Position numbers and translations under genes: made by a program. From Octopus vulgaris (Eukaryota): a stretch of DNA of 64,000 bases. This document shows, piece by piece, positions 12,576 through 23,479 of the stretch. Positions within the stretch are counted from its first letter, which is position 1; each line of letters opens with the position of its first letter. The stretch lies in assembly GCA_951406725.2 (NCBI GenBank), contig OX597832.1:2170001-2234000 (forward strand). Direction: 5' to 3'. The notes under the pieces are model-generated. The model saw nothing but the letters and a program-made list of their open reading frames with translations. It was not told where the DNA came from and did no database searches.

Positions 12576-14056
12576 AGCGACAAATATAATCGATTGAATC
12601 AAATTGGTATATTATTGGTGCCTTATTTTAGTAATCTCAAGAAATAGATAACATGGCTTCGGTAATATTTCAATCCAGAGTCAAAAGGAATGAAACTAAA
12701 TGCTGTCACTATATTATTTCGTCTCGTTATTGAAATATAATGTATGTTAAATAATTTATTACACATTCTAATTTTTCAAGATTGAGAAGGTGGTTGGTGG
12801 CAGAATTAGTAAAGCGATTCCTGCAAAAAACCACCACTAAAGCCAACCTGAATTTCATCATTCTATATGCGGCATGAAAAAAAAACAATAATATACCGCG
12901 AGTTGATTGGTTCGATTATGCACTGGCATATATTACACTTTAGTGTTGTACTAAAATAAGAATTCAATATATTTAGGTTGGAATACTTGCAAGTATTTTT
13001 CTTTAAAACTCAGGAAAGCAAGCATATGTTTCATAAAACTTAGCTATTTTGAGTATATGAACATTTTTGCTTTTGATTATGATTTCACGTTTTATTGTTG
13101 TACTTAATGACTATATAAAATATTGAATTAAAGGATTTTATTTTTATTTTAACAGAAATATGAATGTTCAATATATATCGTGCATACACACAAATAAATA
13201 TGAAGACATAGCAGTTATGCCGCCCACCGTTCCCAAGACAACTGCATAACAGTTACAACTTTACAAAAAGTACCAAGAATCTTAGCTCCAAACAAATAAA
13301 CATCTACCAAATCCAAAGTACAACAAATAACATACGAAGAAAGTATCGTTATCTCATGGATCCGTACAGAATACATGCAATAATGAATGCTTCATGCACA
13401 AAAGCAAACTTTGTAAGTATAGCACATCAAAATCTAAAACTTCTGCAGTATGACATTGTAGGGCCTCTGTCAGTCGATGTTGATCATGCATGTGAACATG
13501 TATATGCAGGCCTGAACGTGATTTTTTGAAGAAGAGTAGCAACTGCCCATGAATGCAAGTCTTCCCCTTCCATACCATTGGTGCTTATTTATCCAAGGGA
13601 GGCTCACCGACATGACCCGACACAGCTTGGCAACAGTATCGTTGATGGCGTTACTGTCAGAACACAAAGAACCAGAACAGATACCGTCAGGCATCTCTCC
13701 CGATCATCCAACACTTCCACCAACCCAACAAACTGGACTGGTTCGATATTAACGGTATTAAAATCACGTTTATTGAACTAAAAGATTTTATAACCACACC
13801 ATAATCACGTAACAATAATTCGGGAAGCATTCTTACAACTTAAACACAGAACTGCCAGCATTCCAAATTATATACAAATCAAATTATACAGACGGTGGCG
13901 GTCTTATTACATATATAAACGCGTGCATTGAATATTTAAATATCACAATTGACTTTCGTAAACTAAATGGAAATCACACTTCTCTAGAATTTAAGGCTTT
14001 TGAAACAGATACCAGCAACACAAAGTATATAAATATAACATATATATATATATATG

Positions 14057-14101
<45 letters not shown>

Positions 14102-14279
14102 TACATAGTCAATAAAACATATATCAGAAAAGAATCGCACTCTAAAGAATAGAGCAGAAATTATTACAAAAATTTAAATTTTGAACACAGAGTTACCAAA
14201 GGTTTCGTATCCACAAAGTCAAAGCCTTGTGGACAGCTCGACAGATTCTATACAAAGACAAAAAACTTTTAACTTGCTA

Positions 14280-14695
14280 CGTCGCAGTTAGCCTAGGTAT
14301 AACAGACAAAGTAGAGAAATTGGCCAAGAGAAATGCCTTTAGCACTTTAAAAGACAAGCCGAATTTTGCCTCTAACCCCAAATGCCGTCTGATCAACCCG
14401 GCCAAATCTGAGATTGGCCAGACGCAAAAGTATAAACTGAGGAAGATTAATGATGAGATAAGAAGGCACACGACCCTCCCTCTATGGCGTAGCACCAGTA
14501 AGGTAACCTCATGGTTTATTGCCAACGGGGTCAGAGGCAGGGCTAGGTTTATACAGTTAGACTTTGTCGATTTTTATCCATCGATTTCAAAAGAGTTATT
14601 GATGAAGGCACTTCCCTTTGCTAAGGGTTTCACAAATATTAGTGATAGCGATGTTCGAGTTATCATGCATGTCAGGAAGACGGTGCTGTATGTTG
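14280..14695 (+). mobile_element. Penelope-like element reverse transcriptase fragment
   Basis: TLKDKPNFASNPKCRLINPAKSEIG...FIQLDFVDFYPSISKELL matches PLE RT motifs 1, 2 and A. It resembles Nematis-type PLEs from recall. Confidence 0.85.
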
Positions 14696-14699
14696 TGGC

Positions 14700-15378
14700 G
14701 AACGATCTATCATGGCGATCTATCATGACAGATCTGATATATTTACAAACTTGGGATGTGGATATATTCGCACTCCTGGTATATCCCTGATAGGCTCCGT
14801 GCCTGGGGATGCTGCTGGTAACATCATTGCTGACGCAGTCGATATGACGTGATTATCCAACGGTGTTATCGCCGTGGTTATCACTACTGATGATATGGTT
14901 GGCGATGTAGCTGCCGGCGTTAGTGCAGGGGCGGCCGGTGGTAAAATATAGTGCGGGGCCGGTCATCCCATCGGTGTCGATGATAATTGTTTGGTCATCA
15001 TCTGTTGCGGTGGTAATGGGGACGCTGGATACCTCCTCTGTCTCGCAGGTCGTGGATTGGTCATCATCTCCAGGTGTGGCAATTGTACTGGTGGTAACAT
15101 ATGGTGTGGGGCTGGTCACTCTGTGTCTATGACAATGGTTTGTTCATCATCTGTGGCGGTGGTACTGGGGTCGTCGGTTACGTCCACTGTGACGCTGGTC
15201 ACAGACTGGTCATCATCTCTGGCTGTGGCAATCTTGTTAATTTGCTAATATTACTGTTGGATGGCACATTACTGTTAATGTGGATAACAGGTCTAGGTGT
15301 CACCGTAGCTCCATAGATGACACCTTCAGCCTCGCATCGGCCTCCTACTGGACAATTATTATACACCTTACAAGAACA
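14700..15378 (-). mobile_element. PLE Cys-linker/GIY-YIG fragment with Thr/Asp-rich ~150-bp tandem repeats
   Basis: CSCKVYNNCPVGGRCEAEGVIYGATVT (15300-15378), then two 150-bp units, each with two DDDQ-type motifs (GTCATCATCT recurring near 14993, 15060, 15143, 15209). Confidence 0.6.
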
Positions 15379-15380
15379 AA

Positions 15381-15415
<35 letters not shown>

Positions 15416-15589
15416 TTTTGTACACTATGATTTCGGAAAAATTATTTTTAGCATAAAATACACACAATATAAATGTTAACATACTAATTCATATAGTACC
15501 AACTAGTAAACATATATGTAACAATGAACCATGTAATCCACACTCTCGAAAACGTATTTCTGTAAAATGTTGTGGTGAGAGTGAAATTT

Positions 15590-15950
15590 CCAAAGGTTCC
15601 CCCACATCCTAAACCCCACCCCAAACCCCATTTTCCGGACAGAAAAAGTGTTTTGTGGCACATTAGGCCACTGTAATTCATTCAACGAGAAAAAAACGAA
15701 CATTTTCCAATGATTTCGGGAAAGGGGTGAAATTTCCGAGGATTTCACTCCACCCCACCACCCGTTTTCCGGACAAAAAAGGATTTTGTGCCCTATTAGG
15801 AGGTCACTGTAATTCATTCAAGGAAAAAATTTTAAAATTTACAATGATTACGAGATGGGGCTCCGGTTTCCCACCCATACCTTTTTCCGAACAAAAATAA
15901 GGTGTTTGCGGCACATTAGGAGGCCAGGATACTTGATTCAATGCAAAAAC
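15590..15950. repeat. Three degenerate ~120-135-bp tandem repeats, probably the interior of a non-autonomous DNA transposon
   Basis: TTTTCCG(G/A)ACA.AAAA..G..TTTG.G.C.ATTAGG...ATTCAA recurs near 15631, 15765 and 15882. Confidence 0.7.
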
Positions 15951-16174
15951 TACGCGGTGTTTTCCTTAGCTTCCCAAAATTTACCGAAAGAACTTTGTTT
16001 ATCTTAATTTTGAAAAATTAAAAAAAAGGATTAAAAAACCGCATTATTTATGGGATGCCCCAATATATATGTATGTGTGTATACATACACATACACACAT
16101 ATGTATATATATGTGTATATGTACATACACACACACATATCACCTGCTCTTCTTCATTGAATTATTTGTATATA

Positions 16175-16560
16175 TCAGGCTAAGTAGAAAGTAAGCAACG
16201 TTTTGAAACATGAAATTCATCACAATATATTTCAACAATGCGGAAATTTTATTCATCAACGTAAGTACCATTACAATCAACACGTTTCGTTCATATCGCG
16301 AGCAGTTTCAACTGCTTTACGTTCTTTTTTTAAGTTGAATAGCAAAATTGCTCGAATATCGCACTTTGATAATTCCATTTCAGATGATTGTAACAACGGT
16401 TTTAAAAAATAAATGTTAATTTATTGATGCATTTGGGCAAGTCTATGTCTGTATTATCAGACAATTGCAAAACAGTGTTTTAAAAAATTTCAAAACTCTG
16501 CAAAAATCCCGTACAAATTCTTCATGGTTCAAAACGTTGCTTACTTTTTACTCAATCGGA
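16175..16560 (-). mobile_element. Mariner deletion derivative (MITE) with TIRs and TA flanks
   Basis: ~38-bp TIR (AGTAGAAAGTAAGCAACGTTTTGAAACATGAA / TTCATGGTTCAAAACGTTGCTTACTTTTTACT). The interior fuses the transposase N-terminus MELSKCDIRAILLFNLKK..AVETAR to the C-terminus DCNGTYVDE*. Confidence 0.85.
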
Positions 16561-16568
16561 TATATATA

Positions 16569-17414
16569 CGAGGTCTGTTTAATAAGTATACGGGCTGTTG
16601 CCATAGTAACGAAGCTAAAGCACGCAGAGTAAACCCGCTTGGCACAGATTGACCTTCAACTCTGCTGTGCATGCGTACTACGTTTTAACGTTCTAGCTCA
16701 CTTCCGCTTGGAATGAACGTGTGTAACGTGTGATCTTTGCATTGACTATGACAGAGAAAGTTGTCATGACGACACTTGCTCAGAAGCCTAGACAAAGTTG
16801 CAGAAAATGTATGAGTTGCACGCAAATATACAAGGAGTTCAGACGTTTTCAAAATGGTCGAAAAAATATCGATATTGACGAATGCTCTGAGAGACCAGCA
16901 ACCAGCAGAACTGAGATAAACATCGCAGATGTGCATGCAGCTGTGAGGGGAAATGGTCGAATTACCATCCGTGAGTTATCAGAGGATGTGCAGATTAGTT
17001 ACGGGTCACTTCAGTCCATGATCACTGAAGATTTGGGTATGAGATGCGTGTCTGCCAACTTTGTGCCAAAACTGCTTTCAGCTGACCAAAAAGACACTCG
17101 GGTTTCAGTTGCGCAAGATCTCCTTGATAGTGTCGAGAATGATGAAAACTCTTTGAAAACTTTTGCGTAGGCCTCTGAGTAGGTATCACCAAGCTTGTGG
17201 CAAAGTTTGATGCAGATTCTCGGCTCAACTTACTTTGTTATGGTCAATGCGACGATCACTCACTACACACCTTCCTTCCAAGCACTGTCGTAAACAGCGA
17301 AAGTGAGCTAGAACATTAAAACCTAGTGCACACGCACAGCAGAGTTGAAAGTCAATCTTCGTCAAGCGGTTTCACTATCCTTGTTTTAGCTTCGTTACTA
17401 TAGCAACAGTCCGG
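16569..17414 (+). mobile_element. Mariner derivative bounded by two inverted 5' ends
   Basis: Left end TA|CGAGGTCTGTTTAATAAG. Transposase fragment RFQNGRKNIDIDECSERP...RITIRELSE...LGMRCVSANFVPKLL. 17158-17414 is an inverted copy of 16590-16800. Confidence 0.87.
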
Positions 17415-17434
17415 AAAATATATATATATAATGG

Positions 17435-17784
17435 CACCGTGCAGTGACTAAGGAAAATAGTCTAATAAAGGGGCATATAAGCCCACGACAGAAAGAAGAA
17501 GGCTTTCTTACCCGCGTGGAAGTCGAACCCACATCCCTTTGTTAACAAGACAAAGTGTGTTACCTTTACACCAGCGAATCACCCTCCCCCATTTCTGTCA
17601 AATTTAAGAAGTATAATATTTCGTGCTTGTTTTTATGTAAACAAACTTTCTATATGCTTTCTGTGCGAATGGGTTAACAAAGGTATGTGGGTTTGATTCC
17701 CACGCGGATAGAAAGGCCTTCTTTTTTCTCTCGAGGGCTTATATACCCCTTTATTTGACTATTTTCTTTAGTCATTGCACGGTG
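17435..17784. repeat. Fold-back element with ~112-bp inverted arms
   Basis: 17435-17546 (CACCGTGCAGTGACTAAGG...GTTAAC) is the near reverse complement of 17673-17784. Confidence 0.9.
17509..17580 (-). ncRNA. tRNA-like cloverleaf (GUU/Asn-like anticodon loop); tRNA-derived, not a canonical tRNA gene
   Basis: Acceptor ATTCGC/GCGGGT, D stem GTGT/ACAC, anticodon stem CTTTG/CAAAG around an oversized 9-nt loop TCTTGTTAA, T stem GTGGG-TTCGACT-TCCAC (CCCAC in the second arm). Confidence 0.55.
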
Positions 17785-17885
17785 ATCGCCATAAGCTTTA
17801 AGCTTATATAAAAATACCGTTATTATTATTTACAGGATTGTAAACTCGGCGCCGTATAATAAAAACCATTCGCACTGAAATATAT

Positions 17886-18130
17886 AATTATAATAAGGGC
17901 TTAGAAAAATTATTCTAGCCTATATGCTAAGAAATAGACGCTAAATTGTCTCACCCACTCAAAGAAGTCACACCTGTTGAATTCGACGCAACAAGCTAAC
18001 GGAAATTTTTAATAAGATAGATAGTTCTGTATTAGCCTAATTTCTGTGACTTCTTTGAGTGGTGAGACGATTTAGCGTCTATTTCTTAGCATATAGGCTA
18101 GAATAATTTCTCTAAGCTCTTATTATAATT
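17886..18130. repeat. Fold-back element with ~87-bp inverted arms
   Basis: 17886-17972 versus 18045-18130: about 4 differences, 72-bp spacer. Confidence 0.92.
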
Positions 18131-18203
18131 TTAAATATCAATTTCACCTTAATTAGTTTAATTTTACATGCTGGCCACTGATAATTTTTTTTTAAAAAAA
18201 CGT

Positions 18204-18658
<455 letters not shown>

Positions 18659-18815
18659 ACAATATTGCATGATACTTTTACTATTATGATTCTAATATAT
18701 TTTTTAGTCTTTTAAAACAAATCTGTGTTTTTCATCTTATTTCTACATGTTCAACCACGTGTAATCACCCACCATACTTTCTACTTTTTATGTGTGTGTG
18801 TATAATTGAACTTTA

Positions 18816-19496
18816 ATTGAACCTTTAATTGAACTGATATATATATATATCAGACAAAACAATACATTGGGGTACATAAAAACATAACGAATGAATTATG
18901 AATATCTCTTTAGAGAGCAGTCACTATGTTTCATTTTATAACTTCCATCACTGAAGCGCGCAGGGATGTATAGTCGGGCTGTTATCTAACACTCTGTTGA
19001 ACCCCTAGTACGAAACTAATTCGTAAGATAGGCCGTAATGGATATATGGGACTGTACACTTCGATTAAATTGCATATAAAGATACGCTCCTTACACTTAA
19101 CACACAAAAATATGAAACTGTAATGTATATCTTTTTCTACCTCCGGCGAGATTCAACTTTATAATGTTTTTAATTATACTAATTCATTTCTAAACTTTTG
19201 AATCGAAACAACTGTCAGAGATTATGTCTACTTTTGTAATTAATAAATAATTATTAATTTAATTATTTATATTTTCATATTTTCTTTAAATATACATAAA
19301 CCCGATTTATCTAATTACCTTACAGTTGAATGTTTGATATAATATTCAATATTTATAATAGGTAATAAACCAGTATATTCATTGGATTTTATTATCCTTT
19401 AATGAGACATTGAACCTTTAATTGAACTGATATATATATCAGACAAAACAATACATTGGGGTACATAAAAACATATAATGAATGAATTATGAATAT
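18816..19496. repeat. ~90-bp direct repeat pair (18816-18905 and 19409-19496), probably LINE 3' termini
   Basis: ATTGAACCTTTAATTGAACTGATAT...CAGACAAAACAATACATTGGGGTACATAAAAACATA...GAATGAATTATGAATAT occurs twice. Confidence 0.9.
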
Positions 19497-19859
19497 AAAT
19501 GAAAATGAGAATGAAATGGCTTTCCTACCCCGCAAAGCAGGCAGTTCCATTTTACTGTTTTTAAATAAAGTGTGTACTTATCGGTCTTGTATCTTGTTAG
19601 TTTCCCTTTTGTTTAAAAATCCACACAAAGTCACACCATATGTTTCATCAAATCGTCAAATATTACCACTGATGACAATTCGTCATAACGAAATCGAATT
19701 CATGGTATTATTATCCTGTCACCAAGTATTTCCTGCAACCTTCTTGCTCTTTCTTGCACCGGTTTCTCATTTCGATTGTGCTCATTGTCAGCCACTTTAA
19801 CCCTTATTATATGTTTCATTTTTGAAATTTTCTTTTCTATCTCTACACTTTTTTTGTAA

Positions 19860-20530
19860 CTTATAATTCTTTCATATTTCCCCTTCGGTGGTTCTCTCTG
19901 CTGTACCCCCCACCACTTTCTTCCTCTGTTGCTGGTATACCCGTCTCTGTTTGTCCTTCCTTCTCACTTTCAGGTCTCTTCTTCTTCCGTCCTCCTTCCT
20001 CCTGACTAGTTGAAGGCAACGGTCTTTGTGTTCGTTCCTCACTTTGCTCCTCATCCCTTCTTTTCTCGTTCTTGTTCTCCTCTGCCTTTCTTTTCTTCTT
20101 TGGGCTTTTTAGATGAAGATTCCACATTACTCTTCTTTCTTTCTACCACTGTATATTTTTCCCACCATTTCCTCCTCCTCCGCTGTTGCGCCCTCTTCTT
20201 CCTAAAGCTCCTTCTCCGCCTCCTCCTGTTCGTGTTTTTGGGGACACTTTGCTTTCATGTGTCCCCTTACTCCATATAAATAACATACCGGAGGTCTCCC
20301 CTCCACGACGATTCTCAATCTTGTCTCATCTGATAGCACCAGCTCTTCCACAATTTTGTGGAGGTCCGGCAGGCTGATATGGACCGACACCTCCAGTCCA
20401 TACCCCCAACAGTCCATACGCCCCAACAGTCGGTGGGCGCCGATATCCCTCTCATCCGCATCATTTCGTTTCATTTCATCTCACCCTGTCCATGTCCAGC
20501 CCACAAGCTTCTATCTGTGTACTGCCCTTG
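19860..20530 (-). pseudogene. Tx1/L1-type ORF1 (gag-like zinc knuckle) relic
   Basis: RLRIVVEGRPPVCYLYGVRGHMKAKCP is a CX2CX4HX4C knuckle with one C>Y change, followed by a long Glu/Lys/Arg-rich tail. Confidence 0.75.
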
Positions 20531-20579
20531 TGGCAAATTAAATGAAATAAAGAAGTTTGCTTTTCTACCACATTATTCC

Positions 20580-20686
20580 AGATTCAGTGCCACTGCCTGG
20601 CACCTTACTTCTCCTATAGTCTCGGGCCAACCAAAGTTTTGTGAGTGGATTTGATAAGCGGAAGCTGAAAGCCCATTGTGTGTGTG

Positions 20687-20725
<39 letters not shown>

Positions 20726-20950
20726 CGTGCGTATTTGTCTCCACGCCTCCGCTTCACAAGCAGTGCTGGTGTGTTTATGTCCCTGTAATTAGCGGTACAG
20801 CAAAAGAAACAAAAAATAAGTACCAGGCTTTTAAAAAAATTAAGCACTGGTGTCGACTACAACTCTTCAAAGGGGTGCCCAGCATGGGGCACCGCTTTGA
20901 ATTGTAGTCAAACTGAATGGCTGAAACAAATAAACGATAAAAGATAAAAT
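20580..20950 (+). mobile_element. SINE of the 18204-18555 family, degenerate
   Basis: CTATAGTCTCGGGCCAACCAAAG..TTGTGAGTGGATTTG, (TG)n, and tail GGCTGAAACAAATAAA. Confidence 0.8.
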
Positions 20951-22054
20951 AGTAACCAAATGGAGACTTGAGAACCAACAGTTATGTGGTGTGTGTACAA
21001 ATCCATAAATTTAAAATGTTTGAGAGATATTCTAATAAAAAAATGTTAACGAAAATATGAAAATACAAAAGTCAATATTTTTATTGGAAATTTAAAGAAA
21101 ATTCCTTGATTCTATTAAAAGTTGGGAAAACAAACGTTAACAACATTAATCTTGTATCCAAATTAAGAAATGCAAAATAAGTGGTTCTAATAATTTAATG
21201 CTGACAAATTAGTTCCTGTTTAATTTAAGATAATTTAATTTACATCTTTACAAGGGATCTTAGAATATATTTGAACTTAATTCCTTCCTAACCAATTTCT
21301 ATATTGCTTGCCTATATAATTATGTATATTGTTTTTTACATAGCTTAGACATAAAAGCCTGAAGCATTCATACCTTTTTTTTCTTTCGAGAATTTTAGGG
21401 CGTAATTGAAGTAAAATAACTCCAACAAGGAATTGTCTTAGCCATTTATAGAACGGTTTACTTCGGTTGAAGGATTCAAGAGACAATTGAACATAATTTT
21501 TAAATTGTTGGCCATATTTAAAAGTTAGTCAACCAGAGAAATACCATTCAAAAAAACATGACAAAAGTTATTAACTTGTATGGAGTGCACCTACCCAGCT
21601 AATCTATTTTCATAGAATTAAGTTTATAATTATAGTCTTCTATAAGTCATCTAAGATTAGTTTTGCTCAAGGCGATAAAACGAAATAGCAACGCAGTAAT
21701 CAGGTGATGAAAAGCAAGAAACAATTAATTGTAGACTTAAACAGCTGCATGAAGAGATTATCTAAAGTAAAGTAAAATTAAAATACTAATTTCGTATTTC
21801 TGAGAATATTGACCACGGAAAATTTGGCTATAAGCGTAAATTTTCTGTGAACCTATCTAAGATTCAATTTCAATCTAAAAATGTATTTTTTTATTTAGTA
21901 AATTTAGTAAAGGAGAACAGAGAATTGTATGGTTTGTGAGTTTAAGTAATCGATAATTTTCAGAGATGAGCATCTAAGCATTCTAGTTTCAACAGCTGAT
22001 AACCACTAGTAAATAAGTTTATTACCTATGCAGCCATGTAGCACACATTGATAG

Positions 22055-22261
<207 letters not shown>

Positions 22262-23154
22262 CGGTTTTTATATGCATGTTTTTATTTCAAAAGTAACTGC
22301 TAGAAACTTTTAAACAAGTTTCGCCATATTTAATACGGTATCTCATTGTCTGCTTTCTTTGCGCTAAAAGTTTCAACCTCTCAAAATATTATGTGTACTT
22401 AAGAGCCGTGGGGACAAGACGATGCAAATGTCAATGTCTTTGTTAATTTCCTTGCAAATAGTATTTTTCAGAATAAAAACACGCAAATCATTATGATAGT
22501 ACGTTTTATTAATTATATATTTGAAAGGAAAACCTTAGACATTGTCCAACATGGATGTTTAAACATTAACAGCATTGTTCTTCTTCTTAACTTCTTAGAA
22601 TAAGCCTTTACCAAAGCTCTGATCTATTCTAAGAAATGCAGCTGGATACATATCGGCAACTGATTGTGAAATGAAATCATGGCTAATGTCTATTTTCTTA
22701 AAGGCAGCAAACATTGTTCGGCTTTATTTTCTATATTGTTTTGAGGCCAGCTGATTATATGGGAAATTTTCTGTCGTGAAATCACAAGTATCTAATATTA
22801 CACAACCCAGTAAAGACAACTTACGTTTATATCTTTCTTTTTCTCTTAATAGCAGACGTTCGAACGTGTTATCGTCACAGACATACGATTATATTTATTC
22901 CTAATTAACTTAATCACTAACCAGGAATTTGAAAACTCTGACGTCTGTGTAGTCTGCGACAAATCAATTTAGATCAAGTAGGCATGCAGATATGATGATT
23001 ACGAAATTCGGCTTTCAGTTACGTGGCTCCAGTTCGATCTCACAGCGCAAAACTCAGTGAAGTCTCTTCTGTCGTAGCAATGACTTATGAGTGGAATTAA
23101 GTAAACCGAAACTGTACGATATCCCGTCGCATATGTGTTCGCGCGTGCGCGTAT

Positions 23155-23185
<31 letters not shown>

Positions 23186-23274
23186 ATTTTAATCCAAACG
23201 GGAAACAAAAAAACAACAACAATGGAACAATTACAGTATTATTATTAATAGGCGCTCAGGAAATGGAAGCAGGG

Positions 23275-23315
23275 AGGTATGACGTTTCGAGCGGAGCTCT
23301 TCGTCGGAAACATAA
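23275..23315 (-). ncRNA. Minimal hammerhead ribozyme-like motif of the PLE terminus
   Basis: CCGACGA-A-GAGC(UCC)GCUC-GAAA-CGUC: CUGANGA core with U4C, stem II, GAAA and loopless palindromic stem III ACGU, as known for PLE hammerheads. Confidence 0.65.
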
Positions 23316-23479
23316 AGAAGGAAGAGAGAGGAAAGAAAGATCCCAGAGCGGGCAACGGAGATAGAGAAAAAAAACGACTGGTGTTTAGGAGTTACACATG
23401 GTGAAAGGCGGATGTTTACGATAACAAGAGCAAAGTGGGTTTTTAAAGGCAAAAGAGTGGAGACAAGGTTGGTAACGCA

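Noticed and set aside
13400-13750. Moderately GC-rich stretch with short ORFs (similar cases at 11330-11760 and 53470-53700)
   Set aside because: Probably old transposon debris, but I could not identify any motif to support a call.
21320-21595. Possible minus-strand exon (AG...AAG|GTATGA)
   Set aside because: All three frames contain stops from the candidate acceptor.
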